Of a DNA stretch of 64,000 bases, positions 42,809 through 55,667 are shown piece after piece. The DNA lies in NCBI GenBank assembly GCA_951406725.2, contig OX597823.1, positions 43,400,001 through 43,464,000 of the forward strand, read 5' to 3'. The notes below the pieces were generated by a model. The model worked only from the letters and a program-made list of their open reading frames with translations, was not told where the DNA came from and ran no database searches. The position numbers were made by a program, and so were the translations under genes. This DNA is from Octopus vulgaris. Its lineage: Eukaryota. Every line of letters starts with the position of its first letter. Within the stretch, counting starts at the first letter, position 1.

Positions 42809-43160
42809 AGCACCAGCGTATCTGTGTGGTGAGAAGCTTGCTTCCCAAACATATGGTTTGGTATTCAGTCCCTCTGCGTGGCATTTTGGGTAGTGTCTTC
42901 TACTCCAGCCTCAGCCCGACCAATGCCTTGTTATTGGATTTCGTAAATGGAAATTGAGAGAGCCTGTATTTGTGTTTCCCTACCCCATTCCTGCTTGACA
43001 ACTGGTGTTTTTGTGTTTACATTCCCGTAACTTAGCGGTTCCGGAAAAGGTTGGATGAAAAAATAAGTCCTAGGCTTAAAAAGAAGTCCGGAGTGTCTAT
43101 ATGTTCGACTAAAAACCCAGCATGGCCGAAGTCAAATGACTGAAACAAATAAAAGATAAA
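42809..43160 (+). mobile_element. SINE family A lacking the internal microsatellite
   Basis: Colinear with 6594-7012. Confidence 0.85.
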
Positions 43161-43599
43161 TGATAGCAATAATGACGACTATATATATTGATACAAACAG
43201 GCCATGTGGTCGAAACGGTTTCAGACTAGAGAGAAGCTGAATGAAGTACTGTGGTCAGACAGTCTAATGTAAAAGTCAACTGTGCAAATGAATCGCGTGA
43301 TTCTTAAAATTAGATTTTCATAAATATATTTCGTGTACCTTACAGTATTTAGTCGTCTGATATTTTTCAGGAAAAACTATCTATGTGTTTAATATTTATC
43401 GTCACTTCAACATGGCTGCTCTTCAGGAAACAACGTTACTATTGTTTTTAACCCCAGGAGGGCGCCTCCTTCAGCTGGTTATCGATGCAATGTCACCTGA
43501 TATATATTGCAAACAAACAAACGAACCCTCACCATCTTCGAGTTATTTGTGCTCATCTCCAGTGGTGGACACCCATCCGCTAGAGCAAGAGTTTCTACA

Positions 43600-44215
43600 G
43601 AGCTACTTTGCTTATTTATGTTATTCACATATTGATAATACTTTGCATTTCCTGTTGGAGGCTATTGATGGTGACTTCAATACCTGAACATCTCACTTTG
43701 GTAGGATTCGTAGTTGTAGGATCCACTGAAATATGTAATTCTGTTATCAATGCAATATGTAGATATATGACATTTGGATAAGTCGCCCTAATGTTTCGAG
43801 ATAAAACGAGAAGAAACGATAACTCTTTTCTTTATTTTAAACCTAAAAGAAAAAGCTTTTTTGTTATGGAGACGATCCTTAAAAGTGTTTCCTCTTGCTA
43901 CTGTATGATAATTTCTTATAATGCTCTCTAGGAGTGTTATGAATGCTCATTATAGATCTTCTTTAGAGCGACTTAGAATATCTTTAGTACAGTTGGGGTT
44001 TTTTTTTGTTGTTATATCGCATGGTTTGGAAAGTTATGTTATCCAAGCAAGAATAACTAGCTTTAGCCCTGCGAGATTTGCGTAGCCTAATGTTTTTATG
44101 TATATGTGGGAAGTGATGACTTACTAAAGCTTGCAATCGATGTGAAATCGTCAGACTTTCTGAGATCGTCTGAGTTATGGTGGAGGTTAAAACAGATTAC
44201 CGTATTTTTCATAGA
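43600..44215 (-). mobile_element. Highly decayed Penelope-like relic
   Basis: Minus-strand TVICFNL...TISHRLQALVSHHFP...RAKASYSCLDNI...YN (cf. IIWFNPP...KFLxLxxKHFP...VKVSYSCMxNI...HN), later NVIY and RKCK..ICE. Confidence 0.5.
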
Positions 44216-45180
44216 TCTCCTCCAATGAGCAGAGCAGTAGGCGGATATCTTTCCACCAAAATAACTTTTCAATCAAACGATATATATTTTATATCTCGTT
44301 ATAATTCAATGTGGACTGATTTGCTCTTAATCAGGTTCTTGATTACTGAAGTATTGCTCTGAGCGATTGGAACTTTTGTATATGCACACACACACACACA
44401 TAATACATTAAAATTCAGCTTGAATCTTGCTTGTTTGCTTGAAATGTTACCCACCCAAACTGATGCATAACGGGAAAATACTATGAATTAAGTTGCCTCC
44501 GAAATGTAAATACAAAAGGAATAAAAAAAATTTTGCATAAATCGGATAAGTCCTTGTGAAGATATTACAGATTGTCGGGGTATAAATACCCAAAACAGTG
44601 CATAATGGGAAAATTCTCCGAAATTAATTTAATCCTGAAAGTGAAGTAACTCTTACCTTTCGATTAGACACACTGAGTTAACAACGAAAAAAATACGATT
44701 TATTTTTTACAGTAAATTCTATTTTCACGTTTGTTAAACACAATATTTTTATCATTTAAAAATATTTTAAAGTTAATGTGATTTAAAAAATGTAAGCTGT
44801 TTTTTGCAATAATTATTTATATTTTAGCTTTCTTAAATTTTATAAAATTGTTTTCAAGTGAATACCATTACAAAAGATTTTGTGGCATATTTATAAAATC
44901 TTGTAAAGTGAAAATGATTTTTAGAATGCTGTAAATATTTCATAAAAGACCCGTTCGTTACTTCAGTGTGAAATAATTTTCTTCCGTAAATTTGTTTTGA
45001 ATGCATTCAAGGTGTCTCGCGCCAAAGATTTGGCTGCTATTTGTAACAAGCCCTGGTAGCACGGAACAGCTATTTGCGATATAGGACCCGAAATAGCTGT
45101 TACGTGGTAGCAAGGCGTGCAAGAAATAGCAGCCAAGTCTTTCCTGCGAAATAACCTGAAAAAGAAAAACCCCACGAAAC

Positions 45181-45450
45181 AAAACTCCGTTGCTGGGAAA
45201 CTCAGGCTTTCCCGGTGACCCAACGGGTCACGGGTAGTCCAGTATATATATAAGTAAATATGAGAGCAATAATATTGTCAAAATATCATCATTCGTGGCA
45301 AACGAATAACAGCCGTACTGGAAAATTAATGAAATATACATATATATATGACATTTATTTATATTTATATTCAAGGGTACTACAAAAGAAAACTCCGTTG
45401 CTGGGAAACTCAGACTCTCCTGGAGATCCAACGTGTCACGGGTAGTCTAG
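45181..45450 (+). mobile_element. Two tandem Helitron-type 3' termini
   Basis: 62-nt unit at 45181-45242 and 45389-45450 (55/62 identical); hairpin gtgaccc-aac-gggtcac, then CCAG or CTAG followed by T. Confidence 0.65.
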
Positions 45451-46923
45451 TACATATATATATATATATATATATATACAATGACTGAAACAAAAATGTA
45501 TATATTGTTGTAATTTGGGACGGTCATTTGGGGGGAGGACAAATAAACAAGCACAATATATTCGTTCTTCACCCCTTTATTACTGCTCTTATTCTAAATC
45601 AAGAACAGTAATAAACGAATGAAGAAGGAATATATAGTGCATGTGTTTATTTGGCAAAGAAAAATGTCCGTCCCGAAATACAACTATTTCTGTTTCAACA
45701 AGCAGCTTCCCACCAGGAATCATACAACGGAAATTCATAAACGTATATATTTACACGAACATCCTTCCATTGTAAAATACAAGTACGGTTGTTAGAAAAA
45801 TCACAATAACTGATATGTGTGTAAATGTAATTGCTTCAACTGTGAATAGAAACTATACTGTAATGTCGGGTTGCAGTATATTTACTTCCTACACCATTCT
45901 ATAGTACCCTGTTGTTATCAGTAGATATTTTCATTATCACTATGACGTATGTTCTTCATCATTACAACATATCGTCTTCGAATAAGTTTCCAGGTTAACC
46001 TCACCTGTTGCTAGCAGTAAATTCCGTGGACATAACTGTCAAGAGTCCAATGTGTCATAGGGCCAGTTACTCAGATCCCATAAAATATAATTGACCGCGA
46101 TCTCAATCTTCCTCCTAAAATGGAATCAAGTCCGTTGCGGGGTTAATCATTTACTGCTGAGGTGAGTGCAGCAATTTGAACTGAAGTATTTTATTCAAGA
46201 ACAAAACTCACCGCCCAGTCTAGGAGTGGAAACCACTATCTTGTGATTGCAACACCTTAATCAAGTGGCCACATCTTTTCAATACACCTATTATATTGCA
46301 CTGAAATTCTTTGGATTCCGTCCGAACAATTACTATAATTTATTTTATATTGTGTCAATATATTCTTTGAATTTTTTAGGGAATAATAAGCGGCTTAATG
46401 AATTGTAATAATGGAAAACAAAATAACTAGCTGTAGTTACTTACGTTCTTTCGGGATTTTAATTCAAATTCTGTCAAAGTTTACTTGGCTATAATGAGAA
46501 CAAACCGGGGATTTTAGCTCCTCTCTCTCTCTCTCCTTCTCCTCCTCTCTCCCTTTCTCTCTCTCACTCCATCTCTTCCCCCCCTCTCTCTTCCCCAGCT
46601 GTTACATCATGTTTGTTTCGCTGTAACAATGATAACAGGAACCAGGCAGCGACTATATCTCCTCACAACCATATAGGCACCTAAATATCTTTGATTTCCA
46701 TCCTTACTGCTTTGATAAAATATATACCAGATATGTAATTTGAACTATTCAGTTTCATCAATAAATCACATCGACACATAAATTTTAATCTTTTGTCTAT
46801 GCTTTAAATTATGTTTATTGTATTTTTTTATTAATCGTCAGAAGTTATGGAGTGACTTAAGTTGCAAAAGTTTCATTCTTTAAACACTCGGCCCTTGAGT
46901 CACTCTGTAACTTCGACCAATTA

Positions 46924-47108
<185 letters not shown>

Positions 47109-47111
47109 CAT

Positions 47112-47292
47112 GAGTTCAAATTTTTCCACAAGAGCAGCAATTTAGGGAGAGGGGTTAAAACCATTACATCGATATCGACCCCGAAAGAATGAAAGCAAAG
47201 TAGATCGCGGCGGAATTTGCACTCAGAACCTAGTAACGGGCGAAATACCGCTAAGTATTTCGTCCGTCGCGCTAAAGATTCTGCCAGGTCGC

Positions 47293-47331
<39 letters not shown>

Positions 47332-47537
47332 CCTATCTACTATTGGCACAAGGCATGTTTTTATGGGATGGGGGACAGTCGATCACATCGACCCCAGTAC
47401 TCAACTGATACTTAATTTATCGACACGAAAGGATGAAAGGCACAGTCGATCTTGGCGGAATTTGAACTCAGAACGTAAAGACGAACTAAATGCCGCTAAG
47501 CATTTTGCCCACTATGCTAATGCTTCTGCCAACTCAC
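47112..47537 (-). mobile_element. Two tandem antisense SINE family B copies separated by (TAA)n
   Basis: Copies at 47112-47292 and 47331-47537; rc core gcctttcatcctttcg..tcgataaa..agt resembles, from memory, the Meta-type SINE domain. Confidence 0.85.
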
Positions 47538-47542
47538 TAACT

Positions 47543-47603
<61 letters not shown>

Positions 47604-47629
47604 GGTGGTGGTGGTGGTGGTGGTGGTGT

Positions 47630-48100
47630 CCCGTTCATCCAGTGCGATCACCAGACCAGCCCAGACGTAGGAAACTGGACATTGTTGTGGTGAATAGAAA
47701 AGAAAGAATATGCATGATAAATCATTATAGAACCCCCCCCCCCTCAGTGACAACTGGATCATTGTGAAAGCAGAAGAAATAATAAACAGCTATGATTTGA
47801 AGTGAGAAATGCGAAGGTTGTGGCCAATGAGGAGAATAGACGTGATACGAATAGTAACTGGGGCACTTGGAAGTATCAGCATTGGACTACCAACATGGCT
47901 GAAAAAGATCGGTGTAAGTGTGAATGTAGAACACTTACAAAAATCAGCAAGGCTTGGAACTGCAAGTATTCTGCGCAGGGTTCTTGAAACATGACCAGTA
48001 AACAAGTGTCACCTTTGTCTGCTAGCTGAGGACAGCTGACACTTTCCATCATACCCGGCAAAATAAGCTGCGAGTTTTCATCACATAAGAATGATAATAA
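47630..48100 (+). mobile_element. R4/Dong-clade non-LTR retrotransposon 3' end (restriction-like endonuclease)
   Basis: IQCDH...RRKLDIVVVNRKERIC...EMRRLWPMRRIDVIRIVTGALG...LQKSARLGTASILRRVLET*; short 3' UTR; embedded in TGA/TGG and TAA-like repeats. Confidence 0.85.
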
Positions 48101-48106
48101 ATATTA

Positions 48107-48430
48107 TCCTTTCTACTATAGGCACAAGGTCTGAAATTAGGGCAGCTTGTCGATTACATCAACCCCAGTACTCAATTGATACTTATTTTATTGACCCGAA
48201 CGATGAAAAGCAAAGTCGATCTCGGGAGCATTTGAACTCAGATAGAGTCAAAATAAATGCGACTAAGCATTTTGTCCGGTTCAGTAACGATTCCTATATT
48301 AAGGTGGGCAGCTGAAAGAAAAATGCTTAGCGGCATTTCCACCGAGATCGACTGTGTCTCTCATCTTTTCGGAGTAGTCGATAAAGTAAGTAGCAGTTGA
48401 ACATTGGGATCGATGTAATTGACTTATCCC
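48107..48430. mobile_element. Head-to-head SINE family B pair (minus 48107-48294, plus 48302-48430)
   Basis: Both match family B motifs, in opposite orientation. Confidence 0.75.
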
Positions 48431-48769
48431 TTTCGTTAAAATAATATCAAAATGTGAAACTAGTATTAAGTTACATTTCTTTGTTAAGATTTCAAAAAAA
48501 AAAAAAGCCTATTGGCTTAAAATTACATTTGGATCATTTGTGTCAATAACATCGGTACTGATGGAATACCGGAGCTGTTTAATTGGTTATTACGGTGCTT
48601 CATCAATAAAGGTTTTTGTGTTACTGATGCTATTTAGCATGTACGCGAGTTATTCAGATCAATCGATTACCCAAGCCTTTTCGGTATGGCAAAGTTATAA
48701 ACAATAATTACTGTGTAATATCTGAAGGAGGCGTTTATTTAGTGAAGAGAATCTTAAAATATATATTAA

Positions 48770-49740
48770 AAAATATTTACCATGGAATATCTCAAGAACA
48801 AAATTATGCACTGTAAAATATTTTGAAGTACATCAGGATTTGCTGTGGAATATCGGATGACACAAATAGTCACTATGGAATAAGTGAAGTTCGCAAGTAT
48901 TTAATGTGGAATATCTGAAGTATGAAAAAATATTTCATACGGAAAAATTTGAAAGGCACCATTATTTATTGTGGCATGTCAAAAGTACACAAATATGAAC
49001 TACAGCAAATGTGAACTACAAAAATATTTCATGTGGAATATTTGAAATATATACGTATTTTCATATTTCTTTATTGCTCACAAGAGACTAAACATAAAGG
49101 AGACAAAAAGAGGGATTAAGTCGATTACATCGACTCCAGTGCCCAACTGGTATTTATTTAATCGACCCCGAAAGGAAGAAAGGCTAAGTCGACCTCGGCG
49201 GAATTTGAACCCAGAACGTAACGGCAGACGAAATACCGCAAAAAATTTCCACCGGCCTGCTAACGATTCCACCAGGTCGCTTATATATACGTATTTTCTG
49301 TGAAATATTTGAAACACTTAAATATCTACTGTGGAATATACAAAGTGCAAAAATATTTACCACAGAGTAAATAAACTACACAAATATTTATTGTGAAATA
49401 TTTCAAACACGTAAATATTTAATAAGAAATATGAAATGCAGAACATGTATATACAATGAAATATTTATTGGACATACATAATTTATTATGATATACACTA
49501 GCATCTACTGTGAAATGCTTGAAGTAGATACGTGTCTACAATGAAATATGTACAATATACACAAGTATCTACATAAAACATTGAAAGTACGCAAAAACCT
49601 ACAGTGAAATGCCTAAAGTAGATACATATCTACATTAAAAGATATTACGTACACATAACTACATAAAATATCTAGAGTATAGTGTAAAATATCTTTTGTA
49701 GATGCATATCTATTGTGAAATATCTCATTAGATATACACT
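48770..49740. repeat. Degenerate 30-31 bp minisatellite (approximately AAATATTTACTGTGGAATATTTGAAGTACAC)
   Basis: TGTGGAATA-like anchors at 48844, 48874, 48905 and 49299, 49330, 49361, 49392. Confidence 0.8.
49063..49282 (-). mobile_element. SINE (family B head, alternative 3' tail) with a perfect 16-bp TSD
   Basis: TSD atatatacgtattttc at 49047-49062 and 49283-49298. Confidence 0.9.
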
Positions 49741-50980
49741 CTAAAAATAATCCTCTCGTTAAAACTGATAATACATAGTCCAAAGCAACCATACACTACT
49801 CTGTATTTTCCTTAGTTTTTTTTTCTTCATAGCTTTTAATCTCGTAACAGTTTCATAATTTTTGCTTCTAGTTTTCTGTCTCACAATATCTAAGCCTTTC
49901 AATGCCTCCCTTACCTTTTAACAAAAAAACAAAAATCTCTCAGTCCATTTCTCTCTTCCTTTTCTCACTCTCCTTCTATTCAGATTTTTCTCTCTCTTAT
50001 CAACCCACTCTCTAACGAACATCGATAATGTCCTTTGAAATACCAAAGCATTTTATTTAGTTTCTGAAAATTCCAGGCCTTTTATCCCCATGTAACAACG
50101 ATTACCATTATTATTGGTATTATTGTTGCTATTATCGTTGATGATAACGATCACAAATGTATTATAAAAAGATGGGAGTTGTCAGAAACCGATAGGAGCA
50201 ACGCACTAAATTCCTCCCAGTATTTAGTTTCGTCCCAATACCTTAAAAATTCAAATTCCACAGGGTTCATGGGCGCCTTTCATCTCTTCGAGATCAATAG
50301 AACACACAGTAGGCCGATTTAATTCGCATCGGTTCTACCCTCACATGAATGTTCTCCCCGTGAACTAACATATTAAATCAATATTGATTTTGTCTGTTAT
50401 TATTGTTATTACGATCGTTGTTATGTTAGGACTAACAAATCGAGATTGAGTGTGCAATGGTATGAATTGATAATTTGTCAAGAATTCAAAAGAGCAACGC
50501 TGAAAACTTTCTTTCCTTCTAATGCACAGTGCCTGTATTTTGGAGTGGTTCAAAGCAAACACAGTATCTGCCACAATTTGCATCAGTAGACATTGTTAAT
50601 ATAACATACGCAGTTCTAAGGAAACGGAATTCAGATTTTATTTTGCATAGGCGTATGGTAGTGTCATCGATAAAGGAATTTGTACGGTGATAAGAAATAT
50701 GAAATTATGATAAATCGTTGAATCGTTGAATTAGATCTGTAACATGATTCTGATTTGAGATGCGTCACAAATGAAAATAAGGATGATAGAAAGGATTATG
50801 TCAATGAATATATCGGTGTTGTGAAAGAAGAAGAAATGAATCGGCATCACGCATACGTATATAAGATCGAGAAACATATATATAAATTAGATAAATCACG
50901 ACTGACAGGTTAAAGAGTGGGATATATAAATATATATACATATACACGTGTGTGTGTATGTATGTATGTATGTATGTATG

Positions 50981-51017
<37 letters not shown>

Positions 51018-51481
51018 GTGTGTAGGTATTCATTAATATATACATGCATTTATAGACGTATATAAATATATATATATATACACTATATATATTATATACA
51101 TGAATGTATATGTACGGATATATATATAGAATATAATACATATATACATACATACACACGAACATAGATACATAGATTCATACGTGCATACATACATGCA
51201 TACTTAGACACATACATACACGCATGCATACATACTTATTCATATACATACATACAAACATACATACATACATACATACATAAGTTGACGGATTACCTTT
51301 TTTTTAGGAATTCCTTGGTGAATAGTCAACGGTGATGGAGAGCATAAGGGTTGAATTTGTAGTTGAGAAAAAGTTAGCAGACATGGAAGACAGGAAGCCG
51401 TTTGACTAGTGGAAAAAAGCGACCAGGTATCAAAATACTGGCATCATGACTGCTACGGCATCCTCTGCATATGTTCAAAAG

Positions 51482-51814
51482 CAAGGGTTGTAAACTATTT
51501 ATCAATAAAGCCCTTTGATCATAATTTTATTCTGGTAGACCCCTATAGCTCTTTGATGTTTTTATAGAAACTTCTTTCAGAATTCCTTTATATTTCTCAC
51601 ATTACCTCGTGAGAGGTTGAACTTTGTAAATTTTTAGAGAAAGAAATCTAGCTGTTTCTTGCAATACTTACAAATACATACATCTAAAGCAACACTTTTT
51701 CGGGGTCTGTTGAAATAGAGTTGGGGATTTCCAACTTACTGCTTTGGTGCGCGAACACTCAAAAATATTATATGGACCCTCAGAGACCATATGGGCCGCG
51801 GTTGAAAACAGCTG
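51482..51814. mobile_element. Probable hAT (Charlie-like) MITE
   Basis: Ends caagggttgtaaac ... ggttgaaaacagctg; right flank ctctaggg resembles the nTCTAGAn target; TSD decayed. Confidence 0.45.
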
Positions 51815-51849
51815 CTCTAGGGGCTGTAAAACAATGGCATTATGAAATC

Positions 51850-52446
51850 CAAGTTCTCCTCAAGCTTGGTGGATTTCAGGTGTGTCCTAACCGAAGGTGA
51901 CGTCATATTTCCCCCCATCATTGAACATAGCTTTGGACTTAATTCATACGACAATATGAAGCTGTTTGAGACTGGTCAATCGCTGACTGGAGAAGTTTGC
52001 TGCAGGAAGCTTATATGTCTTGCAGCAGGATTCGGTAGTATGCTACACTTCCAGAAATAAGTTAGAAGTGCTTGTCGGAAAACGACTACGACCTCACCAA
52101 CCCCAATTTATGGTGTCCAAATTCCGCAGATTGTAATCCCGCGGATATCTATGTGTGGGATGCAGTTGAGAAAAACACCAACCGTTCTGCCTGCAACACC
52201 GAGACCGAGTAGGTGACCAAGTTCAATGAGGCGTTCGAAGATCTTCCGTGAGGCACAGTGAGGAACACATGTTCCAGATTCAGCGGCCGCCTTTAAACTT
52301 CAGTGGAAACTGAGCGCAATTACGTTGAGTAAACTGTTATCCCCGAGCCATACTCTAGTTGATATATTTTCATTTCTTAGAATCCCTTCATTTCTATTTT
52401 ATTTTCCGCTATATGCTAATTGTCAAAATTTGCCAGAACACCGATA
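51850..52446 (+). mobile_element. maT-like (DD37D) transposase C-terminal relic with 3' end
   Basis: YVLQQDSVVCYTS...LWCPNSADCNPADIYVWDAVEKNTN...CSRFSGRL...NYVE* (cf. QQDSAPxH...WPPNSPDxNPLDYYVW). Confidence 0.8.
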
Positions 52447-52754
52447 CCTCAATATACATGTACATTTACATAACTACGTACGTCATACGTACAGTTACTC
52501 AATCCAAATTACAAGTTCAGGTTTATACCTGTAATTATTGGGGCACTGGGATATGTAAAACACTGCCTAAGTACCAATCTTGAGAAATTAGATTTCTCAA
52601 AACCAGAAAGGAGAATGCTGATTCTAAGACTACAGAACTGTAAAAATCTGTAAAACTTTCCAAAAATTTATCATTTAAGTATGTATGAGCATTCTAGACA
52701 TGCAACTATATGCTTAAAAATACTTACATAAAACAAAACATACAAATATGCACA

Positions 52755-53144
52755 TATACATACATGCATACATACATACATGCATGCATACATACATACA
52801 CACATACATATATACCTGCATGCTTGCATACATACATACATACATACATACATACATACATACATACATACATACATACATACATACATACCTGCATGCT
52901 TGCATACATACATACATATATACATACATACATACATATATACATACATACATACATACATACATACACACATACATATATACATACATACATATATATA
53001 TGCATGCTTGAATACATACATACATACATACATACATGCATACATGCATACATACATACATTCATTCATACATACATACATACATACATACATACATACA
53101 TACATACATACATACATACATACATACCTGCATGATTGCATACA

Positions 53145-53178
<34 letters not shown>

Positions 53179-53370
53179 CATACATACATACATACATACA
53201 TGCATACACACATACATATATACATACATACATATATATATGCATGCTTGAATACATACATACATACATACATGCATACATGCATACATACATACATTCA
53301 TTCATACATACATACATACATACATACATACATACATACATACATACATACATACATACATACATACATA
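52755..53370. repeat. (CATA)n array with a higher-order duplication
   Basis: Variant landmarks recur at 236-240 bp spacing. Confidence 0.95.
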
Positions 53371-53794
53371 CCCTGTTGGTGTTTATATTCCAATGAAGGA
53401 GCCTTGGATGTAAGTTAGGAACGGGCTCTTTCTCTATTGGCAAAAAATCTTGAAATAACTATGAATAATGGCATACATACACACAGACGTACATGCATGC
53501 ATGCATGCATATATACATACATACATACATACATACATACATACATACATTCAAATGTGTTCCTATGTGAGTGGTGGGGAAGGCAGACACAAACAGAGAG
53601 ACTATGGATATTTTAATGACAGAAGCGCTATTAAATTGATTAACAAGGCGTCTATAATAGAAAAGTTGTATGCCACTTATCCCAAATATGGTCTTAATCA
53701 CGTGTGTGTTTGTGTGCGAGTACACGTAAATGCTAGTGCGTATGTGCGTGCGTGAATACTTGTGCATGTGTTTGCGTATTCGTGCGTGCTTGTG

Positions 53795-53933
<139 letters not shown>

Positions 53934-54565
53934 AAAGTTATCGGCCTGACTTTTACATAGTATTTTCTTGACCTCCAAAGAAAGGAATTGAAACCGAATT
54001 ATGAAATCAGTTTGCCGTGAACTGAACATATAAATTTCAAAATTGATCCATAATCTGGTGATACATATACGTGTCTGTGTGTGGTGTATGTTTTAAATAT
54101 ATATATGCATACATACAAACACACATTCACACACAGACACACACATGCACGCACACATACACAAGCATGAATGCACGCGCGCGCAAACAGACACACACGC
54201 ACACAAACGTGTGTGCATGAACAGCAAATATATGTAGAGACAGGTAGAGAGATAGACCGAGAGACAGAGTGATAAATGCTAGATAGATATGTGTGTGTTT
54301 GAATGTGTGTCCATATATGCGTTGTGGTATGTTGTGTGTGCGTGCGTGTGTGTTTGTGTGCGTGTGTGCGTGTGTGCGTGTGAACACCTAGACAAAACAA
54401 AGATGAATAAATAATAACTACGGAAATTATCCGAATTATCTATCTTCCCTAAAATCAGCACGGAATCTATTTGGTGGGGGGTGTATTTATGTTTGTTTGT
54501 TTGTTTGTAGTGGGGTAGCGATGTTCTTTCTGCTTTCTCCTTATTCTTGTTGTTGATGTTGATGT

Positions 54566-54615
<50 letters not shown>

Positions 54616-55371
54616 TCTGGTTGTCGATTTACAATTCCTCTTTCAAATAATCTGTACTTATAAGTTTCCAAAACTTATGTTCAGTTATACGCTACTGTCA
54701 AGTTAAATAATGGCATTTTTATTCTCCTTAAAACCAGTCGAAGCATTAATGAATTATTTCTCTTTTCATTCGACAGAAATTGCCAAAACAGATCAATAAT
54801 CTTTGCGATGATCGCTAAGCGAAAATACCAAAAGACATTGCTATGGTGCTACGCTATATTCTGAGAGTATCGTCACAGAGAAACGACCGGATAAGAGGAA
54901 AGAATGAACAGCAGAAAGGGGAAAGTAAAGTGAAGTATATGAGACAAAGTTAATACACAAAACACTACGTATTGATTATAGATTCCGCGACGTTTCTGGT
55001 AATTTGCAAAGCTTATTTGAAACATTGATAGATGGTGAGGAGAATGGTTACTGGGGCAGAAAATTCAGAAAGTCGCGTTTCGGGATTCAATGGTGAGGAT
55101 TTCGATTTCAAATTTTGTCGTTACTAAGATTTAAGAGAGAAGAAAGAAGATTCGTAGTATGTTTATATGTTATGGAATATCAACTTACCTGAAAATATAG
55201 GTGTAACGAAGTAAACGATATAAGTTCCTTTGCATAATTTCCATTCTTCTGCAGATTGATTGTGTCTCAAAAGTATCGGCCGAGACTGCAATATAAGTAG
55301 GAGTAATATATATAAATATGTGCGTGTGTGCGTGTGTGTGTATGTGTGTGTGCGCGCGCGTACATATTTAT

Positions 55372-55540
55372 ACACGTCTGTATTCTAGGCGTAACAGCCA
55401 GGAACTGAAGCGGCCTACCGGAGCGAACATTTTTCCGGTTGCACAAGAAGGGTTGCGTCGACTTACAGCCAAAGTATTTTGCCCTCGCGGCATCGGAATT
55501 GGCGGAAAAAATGAAGTCGGATACATTTTGAACGTACCTC

Positions 55541-55541
<1 letters not shown>
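55372..55541 (+). mobile_element. Short mariner-like end or MITE
   Basis: Right end gtcggatacattttgaacgtacctcg+TA is a mariner-type TIR; [11 protein letters not shown] resembles a transposase C-terminus. Confidence 0.5.
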
Positions 55542-55586
<45 letters not shown>

Positions 55587-55613
55587 GTATATGTGTGTGT
55601 ATATATGTGTATG

Positions 55614-55667
<54 letters not shown>

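Noticed and set aside
48770-49740. CRISPR-like periodicity of about 31 bp
   Set aside because: Contiguous degenerate units with no unique spacers and no cas genes, in a eukaryotic context.
52671-53443. Many ORFs over 100 aa with MYVC/HTYI repeats
   Set aside because: Artefacts of (CATA)n.
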